Part shown: positions 19,793 through 29,940 of the stretch, piece by piece
Layout of the letters: each line of letters begins with the position of its first letter
Numbering within the stretch: the first letter of the stretch is position 1
Assembly (NCBI GenBank): GCA_016200665.1
Contig: JACQEG010000111.1
Coordinates: 1-45,800 of the forward strand
DNA from: Chloroflexota bacterium
GTDB taxonomy: Bacteria; Chloroflexota; Limnocylindria; Limnocylindrales; CSP1-4
Length of the DNA: 45,800 nt
Reading direction: 5' to 3'
Position numbers and translations under genes: made by a program
Notes under the pieces: model-generated
The model's database searches: none
The model's input: only the letters and a program-made list of their open reading frames with translations
What the model was told of the DNA's origin: nothing

Positions 19793-19992
19793 CGGCTCCC
19801 TCGGGTTCAGCGACCAGGCCTGACGCTAGCAAGGCCGCCGGGGCTGTACGAGAGGCCATTCGTCCTACTCGTCCGCCGTACGGCCACCTGCCACCGAGGG
19901 TCGCACTCGACCTGGGCCCAGCGCCTGCTGGCAGGCAGCCGTCACGATCCGACGCGGCCGGAGCGGACCGTCGTGCTCGTGCGGCTGCGATC

Positions 19993-21069
19993 ATGACCAG
20001 CGTGAGCGGCTCGACGGTCCCGATGATCCTCGACGTCGACACCGGGATCGACGACAGCTTCGCCCTGCTGCTCGCCTGCGCGACCCCCGAGATCGAGCTC
20101 CTCGCCGTCACGACGATCGGCGGCAACGTGCCGGTGCGGCAGGTCGAGGCGAACACCCGCGCTGTGCTGGAGCTCGCCGGCTACGGCCGGGTGCCGGTGG
20201 CGCTCGGGGCGACGAAGCCGATCCGAAAGCGGCTCCAGACCGCCGAGGACACCCATGGCCCCAAGGGCGTCGGCTACGCGGAGCTCCCGCCACCGACGCA
20301 GCCCCTCGATGAGCGGGGCGCGGTCGACGTCATCGTCGAGGAGGCTCGCGCTCGGCCCGGCGCGGTCACGCTCGTGACGCTCGGGCCCCTCACGAACCTC
20401 GCCCTCGCCCTGGAGCGCGAGCCGGCACTCCCCCGCCTGCTCCGCGGCTGGACGCTGATGGGCGGGGCCTACGGCGTGCCCGGCAACACGACCCCGACGG
20501 CGGAGTGGAACGTCTTCGTCGACCCCGACGCAGCCCAGCGGGCGTTCGCCGCCTGGGCGAGCGCCCGCGAGAAGGACGAGACCGTCCCGCTGCCGCTGGC
20601 GATGGGCCTCGACGTCACCGAGCAGGCCCGCCTCCTGGGCGAGCACCTGCGCCAGCTGGCCCTTCGCGGCGGCGCCCGCCCGTACGACGCGGAGATGCTC
20701 GCCCGCGAGCCGGTCGTCGCGAACGGCTCGGTGGCGGACGATCCCCTCCTCCACTTCGTCGTCGAGGCCCTGCGCTTCTACTTCGAGTTCCACGCCACCT
20801 GGGACGGGTTCTACGGCGCGGTCGTCCACGACCCGTATGCGGTGGCGGCGACCCTCGACCGGTCGCTGGTCCAGACGCAGGCGGTGTTCGTGGACGTCGA
20901 AACCGGGTCCGGGCCCGCCCACGGAATGACCGTCGCCGACTGGCGCGGCCTCACCAAACGCCCCCCGAACCTCGACGTCGCGGTCGGCGGCGACGCGCCG
21001 GCCTTCCTGCGGCTCCTGGTCGATCGCGTCGGAGGGCTGGCGGCGGACCGCTCCGGCGTGGCACGCTAG
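19993..21069 (+). CDS. Inosine-uridine preferring nucleoside hydrolase family protein
   Basis: DVDTGIDD, HGPKG, LGPLTNLA, AEWNVFVDP and HDP motifs. Confidence 0.93.
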   Translation: MTSVSGSTVPMILDVDTGIDDSFALLLACATPEIELLAVTTIGGNVPVRQVEANTRAVLELAGYGRVPVALGATKPIRKRLQTAEDTHGPKGVGYAELPPPTQPLDERGAVDVIVEEARARPGAVTLVTLGPLTNLALALEREPALPRLLRGWTLMGGAYGVPGNTTPTAEWNVFVDPDAAQRAFAAWASAREKDETVPLPLAMGLDVTEQARLLGEHLRQLALRGGARPYDAEMLAREPVVANGSVADDPLLHFVVEALRFYFEFHATWDGFYGAVVHDPYAVAATLDRSLVQTQAVFVDVETGSGPAHGMTVADWRGLTKRPPNLDVAVGGDAPAFLRLLVDRVGGLAADRSGVAR

Positions 21070-21118
21070 GCCACGATCGGCCGCTCCCCGCGAGCAGCCT
21101 GGAGGAGGTGGAGATCCG

Positions 21119-22189
21119 ATGTCCTCGAGCTGGTTCCGCGTGCTGGTCGCGGCGGTCGTTGCGATCGTCGCGCTCGTCGCCGGCCTTGCGCTCTACGGAA
21201 GCTCGATCGGCGGTGGGACGGCGAACCCGGATACGGGGCTGGTCCCGGGATCCGACGCCTTCATGCTCGTGCTCGCCCTCTCGCTGCTCCTCGGGTTCAT
21301 CGCGTACGCCGCCATCGAGTTCGCCCAGACGCGACGGCTCGACTCCATCGCCCGGCAGTTCGACACCCGGACCATCGTCCTCATGCCGATCGCGATCGCG
21401 ATCAACATCGTCCTCGGCCAGACCGTCGGGACCGCGCTGAAGATCCCGCTCTACCTCGACTCGATCGGGACGATCCTCGTCGGCGCGCTGGCCGGCCCGA
21501 TCCCGGGCGCGCTGACCGGCCTGCTCGCGAACCTCATCTGGACGTTCGTCCTCGCCGGCACGCCGTTCGGCAGCCCGTATGCCTGGCCGTACGCGATCGT
21601 CGCCGCCGAGATCGGGCTGCTCGCGGGCGTGTTCGGCTACTACGGCTTCTTCCGCAGCCGCCCGAACACCAGCTGGCCGAAGCTGCTGGGTGGCCTCGCG
21701 GCCGCCATCGTGATCCTGCTGGGCCTCGTCGTGTACGGGGTCATCCCGTTCTACAAGGGCGATTTCGTGTTCTTCGGCTCGAGCCCGACCGAGGGCTTCT
21801 TCAACGTCATCGCCTACGGGATCGCCGTCGGCCTGATCCTCGGGCTCATCGCCCTCGCAATCCAGCTGTTCGTGAAACGCGACCTCGGGGTGGCGTTCAT
21901 CGTCGTCGGTGGGGCGATCTGCGGGGTGGTCTCGGCCCTGATCTCGGCGCCGATCTCGGCGTTCGTCTTCGGCGGCGTGACCGGCAGCGGGGCGGACATC
22001 CTCGTGGCCGCCTTCCAGCAGGCCGGGTCGAGCCTCATCGACGCGGTCTTCCAGCAAGGGCTGCTCCAGGACCCGATCGACAAGACGATCGAGTTCATCG
22101 TCGCCTTCCTGTTGCTCCAGACGCTGTCCCGGCGGTTCACGGCCAGGTTCCCCCAGGGTGAGCGGGCCGTCGGCGTGATCGAGGCCTGA
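21119..22189 (+). CDS. ECF transporter substrate-specific (S) component, extended
   Basis: IAINIVLG...PLYLDSIGT..GALAGP and DPIDK; highly hydrophobic; precedes the T and two A components. Confidence 0.8.
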   Translation: MSSSWFRVLVAAVVAIVALVAGLALYGSSIGGGTANPDTGLVPGSDAFMLVLALSLLLGFIAYAAIEFAQTRRLDSIARQFDTRTIVLMPIAIAINIVLGQTVGTALKIPLYLDSIGTILVGALAGPIPGALTGLLANLIWTFVLAGTPFGSPYAWPYAIVAAEIGLLAGVFGYYGFFRSRPNTSWPKLLGGLAAAIVILLGLVVYGVIPFYKGDFVFFGSSPTEGFFNVIAYGIAVGLILGLIALAIQLFVKRDLGVAFIVVGGAICGVVSALISAPISAFVFGGVTGSGADILVAAFQQAGSSLIDAVFQQGLLQDPIDKTIEFIVAFLLLQTLSRRFTARFPQGERAVGVIEA

Positions 22190-22196
22190 GCCTGGC

Positions 22197-23063
22197 GTGA
22201 GCTCGTCGACGACGGCGCCGACGCCCATGGCGCCGCCGTCGGGCAACCCGACCACGCTCTCCGAGGCGGACCGCGCCTACCTCGCGTCGCTCGCGCCGCA
22301 GGCGGCCTCGCCGTACCACGCCCTCAATCCGCTGACGAAGGCCGCCATCGCCACGATCGCGACGCTGGCGGCGTTCGTCCTCGGCGGCTACGTCGCGCCG
22401 CTCGCGATCCTCACCGTCCTCGTGATCCCGGGCGCGGTGGCCGCCGGCGTGCTGACGCGACTGACCCGGGTCGCCGTCCTCATCAGCGTGCCGATCTCGA
22501 TCTCTGTGGCTCTCGTCTCGGTCTTCACCCGGGCCGGTGCGACGGTCCTGTTCACCGTGGGACCGTTCGACGCCACGGCGGAGGGGGTCGACTTCGCCGG
22601 CCAGATCATCGTTCGGCTGTTCGTCACTGCGATGGCCCTCGGGCTGTTCGGCCTCACGACCGAGCCCCGGGCATTCGTCGTCGACCTCGAGCGGCGAGGC
22701 CTCTCGCCGCGGGTGGCGTTCGCCGCGGCGGCGACCCTCGAGACGATCCCCCTCATGGTCGAGCGGGCCCTCGCGATCCAGGCGGCGCAGCGGGCCCGGG
22801 GCCTCGACACGGAGGGCAGCCTCGCGGCGCGGATCGGCGGCGTGATGCCGCTCGTGGGGCCGGTCATCCTGTCCTCGCTGACCGAGGTGGAGGAGCGGAG
22901 CCTGGCGCTCGAGGTGCGCGCCTTCGGCCGGCCAGGGCGGCGCGACCAGCTCTGGACCCTCGCCGACGACGGCCGCCAGCGACTGCTCCGGTGGGCCCTG
23001 CTCGTGGGTTTCATCCTCGTGCTCGTCGGGCGCGTCGCAGGCGCGCTGCCGGCGCTGCCCTGA
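22197..23063 (+). CDS. ECF transporter transmembrane T component
   Basis: LNPLTK, conserved AQRARG and LEVRAF X-R-X motifs. Confidence 0.9.
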   Translation: MSSSTTAPTPMAPPSGNPTTLSEADRAYLASLAPQAASPYHALNPLTKAAIATIATLAAFVLGGYVAPLAILTVLVIPGAVAAGVLTRLTRVAVLISVPISISVALVSVFTRAGATVLFTVGPFDATAEGVDFAGQIIVRLFVTAMALGLFGLTTEPRAFVVDLERRGLSPRVAFAAAATLETIPLMVERALAIQAAQRARGLDTEGSLAARIGGVMPLVGPVILSSLTEVEERSLALEVRAFGRPGRRDQLWTLADDGRQRLLRWALLVGFILVLVGRVAGALPALP

Positions 23064-23077
23064 GCGCAGACGGCCTG

Positions 23078-23875
23078 ATGCTGGAGCTGGACGCCGTCTC
23101 CTACCGCTACCCGGGCTATGCCCGGCAGGTCCTCGCCGACGTGAGCCTGGCGATCGGCAGCGGCGAGATCGTCGGCCTCGTGGGCCGGAACGAATCCGGC
23201 AAGTCGACGCTGTGCCTGGTCGCCTCGGGCCTGGCGCCGGTGTCGGTCGGCGGCGTCCTCGCGGGCGAGGTCCGGATCGACGGCACGGCCACCGCAGGGC
23301 TGCGACCGTTCGAGCTCGCGAGCCGGGTCGGGCTCGTGTTTCAGAACCCGAACACCCAGCGATCCGGCGTGACCGCGACGGTGTTCGAGGAGGTCGCGCT
23401 CGGGCCGGTCAACCTCGGGCTGCCGGTCGCCGAGACGGTCGAGCGGACGCACTGGGCCCTCCGGACCTTGCGGATCGAAGCACTGGCCGACCGCGATCCG
23501 GCGCGGCTGTCGGGCGGCCAGGCCCAGCTCGTCGCGATCGCCTCGATCCTGGCGATGCGCCCGCCGCATCTCGTCCTGGACGAGCCCACCGCACAGCTGG
23601 ATCCCGAGGGGACGCGGCTCGTCGGCGAGGCCCTCCAGGCGCTGGCCGGGACCGGCGCCGCGCTCCTCGTCGCCGAGCACAAGACCGATCTCCTCGACCG
23701 GCTCTGCTCCCGGGTCGTCGCCCTCGACGGCGGACGGGTGGCGATGGACGGTCCCGCGGCGATCGTCCTTGCCGACCCGGCGCTGGAGCAGCTCGGGGTG
23801 GAGCGGCCGGCTCGCCACCGGATCGCCGGTGAGGTCGCCGCTGCGGGGCTCGTGCTGCCGGGAGCGATCGCGTGA
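23078..23875 (+). CDS. ECF transporter ATPase (A component)
   Basis: GRNESGKST, VFQNP, LSGGQ and LDEPTAQLDP motifs. Confidence 0.92.
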   Translation: MLELDAVSYRYPGYARQVLADVSLAIGSGEIVGLVGRNESGKSTLCLVASGLAPVSVGGVLAGEVRIDGTATAGLRPFELASRVGLVFQNPNTQRSGVTATVFEEVALGPVNLGLPVAETVERTHWALRTLRIEALADRDPARLSGGQAQLVAIASILAMRPPHLVLDEPTAQLDPEGTRLVGEALQALAGTGAALLVAEHKTDLLDRLCSRVVALDGGRVAMDGPAAIVLADPALEQLGVERPARHRIAGEVAAAGLVLPGAIA

Positions 23876-24726
23876 TCCACTGCGAGGGCCTCGTCCACGT
23901 CTACCCCGGAGGGACGCGGGCGCTCGACGGCGTCGATCTCGAGATCCGGGCCGGCGAGCGCGTCGCGATCATCGGCCAGAACGGGTCCGGCAAATCGACG
24001 CTGATCCTCCACTGGAACGGCCTGCTCCGGCCGACCGCGGGCCAGGTCGTCATCGACGGCCGGGCGGCCGAGGGCCAGCGCGTTGCGCACCTCGCCCGGA
24101 CGGTCGGGATCGCCTTCCAGGACCCGGACCGCCAGATCTTCGCGGGTCGCCTCCGGACCGAGGTCGCGTTCGGAGCGCGCAACGTCGGGCTGCGCGGCGC
24201 CGCGCTCCAGCGGGCCGTCGACGAGACGCTCGACGTCGTCGGGCTGCGGGGCGAGGCGGACGCCAACCCGTATGACCTCGGCTACTCGCGCCGGAAGCTG
24301 CTCGCCCTCGCCTCGATCCTGGCGATGGGCACCCCGGTCGTGGTGCTCGACGAGCCGACGACGGGGCAGGACGCCGCGGGCGTGGCACGAATCCAGGCCA
24401 TCGTCCGGTCGCTCACCGAGGTGGGTCGGACCGTTGTGACCGTGAGCCACGACATGCGCTTCGTCGCCGAGACGTTCGAGCGGGTCGTCGTGATGGGCGC
24501 TGGGCGCGTGCTGCTGGACGGCTCGCCGGCCGAGGCGTTCGGGGAGCCGGCCTGGCCGAGCCTCGCCGCGACGAACCTCGAGGCACCGCTCGCGGCGCAG
24601 CTCGGGGTGCGCTGGGGCCTCGGCCCGACGCCGACCGAGGCCGGGCTCGTGGCGGCGCTCGCCGGAGCGCCGCGAGCCCGGCCCGCTGACCGGGCTGGCA
24701 CCTTCGGGAGCAGCGACCCCCGCTGA
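23872..24726 (+). CDS. ECF transporter ATPase (A' component)
   Basis: GQNGSGKST, FQDPDRQ, degenerate signature LGYSRRK, LDEPTTGQD and SHDM. Confidence 0.92.
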   Translation: MIHCEGLVHVYPGGTRALDGVDLEIRAGERVAIIGQNGSGKSTLILHWNGLLRPTAGQVVIDGRAAEGQRVAHLARTVGIAFQDPDRQIFAGRLRTEVAFGARNVGLRGAALQRAVDETLDVVGLRGEADANPYDLGYSRRKLLALASILAMGTPVVVLDEPTTGQDAAGVARIQAIVRSLTEVGRTVVTVSHDMRFVAETFERVVVMGAGRVLLDGSPAEAFGEPAWPSLAATNLEAPLAAQLGVRWGLGPTPTEAGLVAALAGAPRARPADRAGTFGSSDPR

Positions 24727-24792
24727 AGAGGCCGTCCGGCCGCAGCGCGGCGGCGCCGGCGCGACCAGCATCGACCCCGAAGGAGGTGCCAG

Positions 24793-25761
24793 ATGCGAGT
24801 CCTCCTGGCCACCGACGGATCGGCCTCTGCGGATCGTGCCCGGGATCTCGTCGCCGGGCTGGCATGGCCGGACGGCACGATCGTCCGAGTCCTCGTCGCG
24901 GTCGACACCCATCTCGAGATGCTCGCGGCGCCCTTCGCCGTGGTCTCCGGCGACGTCGTCGACGAGCTCGACAGCGAGCTCGTCACCCACGCCCGGGTGA
25001 CGCTGGAGGCGGCCGAGACCGCGCTGCGCGAGGCCGGCCTGGCCACCGAGGCCATCACCCGGCGGGAGCGCGCCGCCGACGCGATCATCGACGAGGCGCG
25101 GGCCTGGGCGGCGGATCTCGTCGTCCTCGGCAACCGGGGCCACACGACCCTCACCTCGATGGTCCTCGGCTCGACCTCGGCCGAGGTCGTCGACCATGCC
25201 CCGTGCCCGGTGCTCGTGGCGCGAGCGGCGTCGATCGGCGAGCTCGTCCTCGCCTCGGACGGGTCGCCGTCGGCGATCGTGGCGGAGCGACTGCTCACCG
25301 GCTGGCCGATGTTCCGAGGGTTCCACACGACCGTGGTGTCGGTGGCCCTCATCGGGCCGCCGTGGAGCCCCGGCCTGGCCTCGGGTCTCTACGACCCCGT
25401 CGCGACGACGGACGAGCGCGGCGACGCCGCCGCCCGGAGCGAGGTGATCGACCTTGCCGAGACGGTCGCGAGGCGCCTGCGCGACGCCGGCATCGACGCG
25501 ACCGCCCGGCCGATGGAAGGCGACGCGGCCTCCGAGATCCTCACCGTGGCGCGGGGCGCATCGCGCCCACTGATCGTCATGGGCAGCCGCGGCCACACCG
25601 GGATCGCCCGGCTGCTGCTCGGCGGCGTGGCCCGGAACGTCCTGCACCACGCGACCGGCTCGGTGCTGATCGTCCGGCAGGGCGTCCGCGTCGCCCCGGC
25701 CGAGCCGGCCGTCGAACGAGCGGCCAAGCCCGGTCAGGAGCTGGTGAGCTCGATCTCCTGA
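24793..25761 (+). CDS. Tandem-domain universal stress protein
   Basis: Two USP domains (LATDGS...VLGSTSAEVVDHAPCPVLV and LASDGS...MGSRG...LLGGVA); SD AGGAGG. Confidence 0.93.
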   Translation: MRVLLATDGSASADRARDLVAGLAWPDGTIVRVLVAVDTHLEMLAAPFAVVSGDVVDELDSELVTHARVTLEAAETALREAGLATEAITRRERAADAIIDEARAWAADLVVLGNRGHTTLTSMVLGSTSAEVVDHAPCPVLVARAASIGELVLASDGSPSAIVAERLLTGWPMFRGFHTTVVSVALIGPPWSPGLASGLYDPVATTDERGDAAARSEVIDLAETVARRLRDAGIDATARPMEGDAASEILTVARGASRPLIVMGSRGHTGIARLLLGGVARNVLHHATGSVLIVRQGVRVAPAEPAVERAAKPGQELVSSIS

Positions 25762-26201
25762 CCATCCGCGGTCCACGCCCGCAGGCTCGGCGCGTCCGTC
25801 ACGTCGGGCCCCGCCGCGTCGACGTGCGTCGCGTCCAAGGACACGATGAGCTGCAGTGCCGCCGGGTGACGCGCCTCGCGGAGGTCGTTCGCGGATGGGC
25901 GCGCGGGCGAGACGACGTGCGAGTGGACGATCGCCCAGATGACCTCACCGACGTCGTCGATCGCGATGCTGTGTCGCAGCAGGTCGTCAGGGTGGATCTC
26001 GAAGCGATACGGCGACGCGAGCACGTTGCGGGTCGGGATCCAGCGGAGCGGGTGACCGCCCGCCGCGAACGGCGCGTCGCTCGCGATCAGCCCGCAGGCC
26101 TCGTTCGGGAGCTCGGCGCGGGCATGGGCGACGATCTCGTCGGCGATCGCGCGAGGCAGCTCCACGTGCGCGATGGCCGGCGTCTCGGCCACGGGCGTCA
26201 C
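25734..26201 (-). CDS. JAB/MPN+ (Mov34, M67) metallopeptidase, Mec-like
   Basis: PNEACG and HSH.....PSAND JAMM motif; GTG overlaps the moeZ stop. Confidence 0.9.
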   Translation of the reverse strand: MTPVAETPAIAHVELPRAIADEIVAHARAELPNEACGLIASDAPFAAGGHPLRWIPTRNVLASPYRFEIHPDDLLRHSIAIDDVGEVIWAIVHSHVVSPARPSANDLREARHPAALQLIVSLDATHVDAAGPDVTDAPSLRAWTADGQEIELTSS

Positions 26202-27343
26202 GAGGCCGCGATGGGCGCCGATCGAGGCTCGGAGCAGGCCGGGCAGGCCGGATCGCGCTCGAGCCGGATCTCGCTGAACGTCGAGTCGAGGGCATCGAAC
26301 ACGAGCAGCCGCCCCGCGAGCGTCTCGCCGATCCCGAGCAGGAGCTTGAGGACCTCGTTCGCCTGGAGCATGCCCATGATCCCGGGCACCACCCCGAGGA
26401 CCCCGACGACGGAGCACGAGGGGGCGAGCTCCGGTGGCGGCGGCGTGGGGTACAGGCAGCGGTAGCAGGGACCCTCGAACGGCACGAACGTCGTGACCTG
26501 GCCCTCGAACCGGAAGACCGAGGCGTGGACGACCGGGATTCGGGCCTCGACCGCCGCGTCGTTCAGCAGGTAGCGCGTCTCGAAGCTGTCGGTGCCGTCG
26601 AGGATGACGTCGTACCCGGCGATCAGCTGCGCGACATTCGAGTCGTCCAGGCGCGCCCGCTGGGCGACGACCCGGACATCGGGGTTGAGGCCCGCGAGCG
26701 TGCGTCGGGCGCTCGCGACCTTCGGTGCGCCGACCGCGTCGGTGGCGTGGAGCACCTGGCGCTGCAGGTTGCTGGCATCGACGACGTCGTCGTCGACGAG
26801 CCCGAGCGTCCCGACGCCCGCCGCCGCGAGGTACAGCGCCGCCGGGCTGCCGAGGCCACCCGCGCCGACGATGAGGACCTTCGAGGCGAGGAGCCGCGCC
26901 TGCCCCTCCGGCCCGACCTCCGGCATGAGGAGCTGGCGGCTGTAGCGCTCGCGCTGGCTGGTCGTCAGGCCGCCGGGCCCGAGCGGCTCCGCGGGCGGGA
27001 CGACGACGGGCAGGCCGGCGCGCTGCCAGGCGATGATCCCGCCGGCGAGATTCACCACGTGGCGGTAGCCGAGCTGGCCGAGCGCGGCAGTCGCGTAGTG
27101 GGAGCGGTTGCCGCTCCGGCAGTAGACGACGATCGAAGCATCCCTGTCCGGGACCGCGGCGGCGACGCCCGCATGGAGGCGGCCCTGGGGCAGGTGGATG
27201 GCGCCCTCGAGATGCCCTTCCTGCCACTCGGAGGGCTCGCGGACGTCCAGCAGGATCGCGCCCTCGTCGCGGAGGCTCGCGGCCTCGGCGGGCCCGACCT
27301 CGGCGACCGGGCCAGGGCCGTGCCGGTCCGGCGTGGGCGTCAC
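26198..27343 (-). CDS. moeB: Rhodanese-ThiF/MoeB fusion (MoeZ-like adenylyltransferase/sulfurtransferase)
   Basis: N-terminal rhodanese (LDVRE..EW..GH, YCRSGNRS); RYSRQ, GAGGLG, SNLQRQ, CYRC and CPAC motifs. Confidence 0.92.
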   Translation of the reverse strand: MTPTPDRHGPGPVAEVGPAEAASLRDEGAILLDVREPSEWQEGHLEGAIHLPQGRLHAGVAAAVPDRDASIVVYCRSGNRSHYATAALGQLGYRHVVNLAGGIIAWQRAGLPVVVPPAEPLGPGGLTTSQRERYSRQLLMPEVGPEGQARLLASKVLIVGAGGLGSPAALYLAAAGVGTLGLVDDDVVDASNLQRQVLHATDAVGAPKVASARRTLAGLNPDVRVVAQRARLDDSNVAQLIAGYDVILDGTDSFETRYLLNDAAVEARIPVVHASVFRFEGQVTTFVPFEGPCYRCLYPTPPPPELAPSCSVVGVLGVVPGIMGMLQANEVLKLLLGIGETLAGRLLVFDALDSTFSEIRLERDPACPACSEPRSAPIAAS

Positions 27344-27744
27344 TCGCCGCCGGTGGCGGCGTGGGCGGTGGCTCCCTCGGAGCCTTCGCCGAGCGCGTGC
27401 TGGAGCGTGTCGAGCGAGAGGAGCGCGCACTTGAGCCGGGCCGGGCTGATCTCGATGCCGAGCAGGTCAAGGACGTCGCTGGAGGACAGCTTCGCGGCCT
27501 CATCGACCGGCTTGCCCTTGACCTCGTCGGTCAGGAGCGACGCCGAGGCCTGGCTGATCGCGCAGCCGCGACCGGTGAACGACACGCCGTCGAGGACGCC
27601 GGCGCGAACCCGCAGCTGGAGCGTGATCCGGTCGCCGCACAGCGGGTTCGCGCCCTCGTAGGACGCCGTCGCGTCCTCCATCGTCCCGAAGTTGTGGGGG
27701 TGGCGGTAGTGCTCGAGGATGTAGTCGCGATACAGGTCGTCCAT
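27340..27744 (-). CDS. sufU: SufU/IscU-like Fe-S scaffold or sulfur-transfer protein
   Basis: NPLCGD, GCAISQAS and RLKCALL motifs; downstream of sufS. Confidence 0.9.
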   Translation of the reverse strand: MDDLYRDYILEHYRHPHNFGTMEDATASYEGANPLCGDRITLQLRVRAGVLDGVSFTGRGCAISQASASLLTDEVKGKPVDEAAKLSSSDVLDLLGIEISPARLKCALLSLDTLQHALGEGSEGATAHAATGGE

Positions 27745-27753
27745 GCGCCGTCG

Positions 27754-27759
27754 ATTCTA
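27754..27759 (-). promoter_or_regulatory. Candidate internal -10 element (TAGAAT) upstream of sufU
   Basis: TAGAAT lies 9 nt before the sufU ATG in the 41-bp sufS-sufU gap; no SD. Confidence 0.45.
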
Positions 27760-27785
27760 GCGGTGGCTGTCGGGGCTTCCGGCCG

Positions 27786-29060
27786 TCAGGCCTGGATCCC
27801 GAAGACCCGCTTGACCTCCGTGATGCCGTCGACGAGCGCATCGACGTCGGATCTGGTCGAGTAGACGTTGAAGCTCGCCCGGGCGGTGGCCGGCAGGTCG
27901 AGCCGCTCGTGGAGCGGCATCGTGCAGTGGTGGCCGGCGCGAACCGCCACGCCGACCCGGTCCAGGACCTGGGCGACGTCGTGGGGGTGGACGCCCGGGA
28001 TGTTGAACGGGATGACCCCGCCCCGGATCGAGGTGTCCATGGGGCCGTAGAGGGCCACGTCCGGGTGGGCCGCCTGGAGCCGCGGCAGGGCGTAGTCCAG
28101 CAGCGCCCGCTCGTGGGCCTGGACGCGATCCATCCCGAGCGCCATGAGGTACTCGGCCGCGACGCCCATGCCGATCTCCTCGGCGATGGCCGGGGTCCCC
28201 GCCTCGAACTTCCACGGGATCGAGTTCCACTCGGAGCGGCGCAGGTGGACCTCGCGGATCATCTCGCCGCCGGCGAGGAACGGCGGCATCGCCTCGAGCA
28301 GCTCGCGCCGGGCCCACAGGGCGCCGGAGCCGGTCGGGGCCAGCATCTTGTGGCCGCTGAAGGCGTAGAAGTCGCAGCCGATCGCCTGGACGTCGACCGG
28401 CACGTGGGGCACCGCCTGGGCGCCGTCGACGAGGACGAGCGCGCCGGCCTCGTGGGCCATCCGGGTCATCTCGACGACCGGGTTGATCGTCCCGAGGGTG
28501 TTGCTGACGTGGGTGAACGCCACGAGCTTCGGTCGGAGCTTGAGCAGGACCTCGAAGACCTCGAGGCGGAGGACGCCGTCGTCCGTGATCGGGATGAACT
28601 CGAGGTCGCCGTCCTGCTCCTGGACGAGGAGCTGCCACGGCACGAGGTTGGCGTGGTGCTCCATCTCGGTCAGGACGATCGCGTCGCCCCGCCGGATGTT
28701 CCTGCGGCCCCACGAGTAGGCGACGAGGTTGATCGCCTCGGTCGCGTTGCGGGTGAAGATGACCTCGTGGTGGTCGGGGGCATTGATGAACCGGGCCACC
28801 GACTTGCGGGCTGCTTCGTACGCCGCCGTCGAGCGCTCGCCGATCTCGTAGATCCCGCGGTGGACGTTGGCGTTGTAGGTCGTGTTGAACTCGGTGACCG
28901 CATCGATGACGGCCTGCGGCTTCTGGCTCGACGAGGCCGAGTCGAGGTAGACGAGCGGCCTGCCGCGCGAGGTCAGGGTCGAAAGGATGGGGAAGTCCTT
29001 CCGGATCTCCTCGGGGTCGAGCGGGCCGGCAGCCGGCGTCACGAGCGCTTCGACAGCCAT
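27786..29060 (-). CDS. sufS: Cysteine desulfurase (group II)
   Basis: YLDSAS, ANVHRG, SGHKM (PLP Lys), FEAGTP and RAGHHC motifs. Confidence 0.96.
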   Translation of the reverse strand: MAVEALVTPAAGPLDPEEIRKDFPILSTLTSRGRPLVYLDSASSSQKPQAVIDAVTEFNTTYNANVHRGIYEIGERSTAAYEAARKSVARFINAPDHHEVIFTRNATEAINLVAYSWGRRNIRRGDAIVLTEMEHHANLVPWQLLVQEQDGDLEFIPITDDGVLRLEVFEVLLKLRPKLVAFTHVSNTLGTINPVVEMTRMAHEAGALVLVDGAQAVPHVPVDVQAIGCDFYAFSGHKMLAPTGSGALWARRELLEAMPPFLAGGEMIREVHLRRSEWNSIPWKFEAGTPAIAEEIGMGVAAEYLMALGMDRVQAHERALLDYALPRLQAAHPDVALYGPMDTSIRGGVIPFNIPGVHPHDVAQVLDRVGVAVRAGHHCTMPLHERLDLPATARASFNVYSTRSDVDALVDGITEVKRVFGIQA

Positions 29061-29061
29061 G

Positions 29062-29940
29062 TCAGTGCACCTCGGCCGGCTCGAGCTCCGGGCCCAGCGG
29101 CACGGCGAGCGCCTCGTCGGAGACGTTGGTCTCGAGGCCGGCCTCGCGGAGGATCGGGCCGTAGCCCTCCTCCTCGAGCCGCAGCGCGAGGTCGCGCCCG
29201 CCGGTCTTCACGATCCGGCCCTGGGCCAGGACGTGGACGACGTCTGGCTTGATGTAGTTCAAGAGGCGCTGGTAGTGGGTGATCAGGAGCACGCCGAGGG
29301 TCGGGTTGAGCATCGCGTTGACGCCCTCCGCGACGATCCGCAGGGCATCGATGTCGAGGCCCGAATCGGTCTCGTCGAGGATCGCCATCTCCGGCTCGAG
29401 CATCGCCATCTGGAGCATCTCCAGGCGCTTCTTCTCGCCCCCGGAGAAGCCCTCGTTGACGTAGCGCGTGACGAACGTCTCGTCCATCCGGAGGAGGGCG
29501 AGCTTCTCGCGCATGCGCTTGCGGAAGTCGCCCATCGAGACGCCGCCCCGCATCGAATCGGTGGGATCGACGTCGGTCGTCTTGTCGACCCCCTGGAGCT
29601 TGGCGTTGAGCGCGCTCCGGATGAAGCTCGCGACGCTGAGCCCGGGGATCGCGGTCGGGTACTGGAACGCCAGGAACATCCCGAGCCGGGAGCGCTTGTC
29701 CGGCGACAGCTTCAGGACGTCGCGGCCCTTCCAGGTGATCTTGCCGCCAGTGACGACGTAGCCGGGGTGGCCCATCAGCGCGTAGGCGAGGGTCGTCTTG
29801 CCGGATCCGTTCGGACCCATGATCGCGTGGACCTCGCCCGGCCCGACCTCGAGGTCGATGCCCTGGAGGATCTCGTGCTCGGGCGCGGTGACGGGGGCCA
29901 CCCGCAGGCCGCGGATGACCAGCTGATCGGTGTCGGTCAC
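29062..29940 (-). CDS. sufC: Fe-S cluster assembly ATPase
   Basis: HAIMGPNGSGKT, FLAFQYP, NEGFSGGEKKR, DETDSGLDIDAL and ITHYQRLL motifs. Confidence 0.96.
   Translation of the reverse strand: MTDTDQLVIRGLRVAPVTAPEHEILQGIDLEVGPGEVHAIMGPNGSGKTTLAYALMGHPGYVVTGGKITWKGRDVLKLSPDKRSRLGMFLAFQYPTAIPGLSVASFIRSALNAKLQGVDKTTDVDPTDSMRGGVSMGDFRKRMREKLALLRMDETFVTRYVNEGFSGGEKKRLEMLQMAMLEPEMAILDETDSGLDIDALRIVAEGVNAMLNPTLGVLLITHYQRLLNYIKPDVVHVLAQGRIVKTGGRDLALRLEEEGYGPILREAGLETNVSDEALAVPLGPELEPAEVH

Noticed and set aside
25734-27343. E1-like plus JAB pair as a ubiquitin-like anti-phage system (CBASS Cap2/Cap3, Bil)
   Set aside because: No E2, CD-NTase or effector is present; the rhodanese fusion and suf context point to sulfur transfer.
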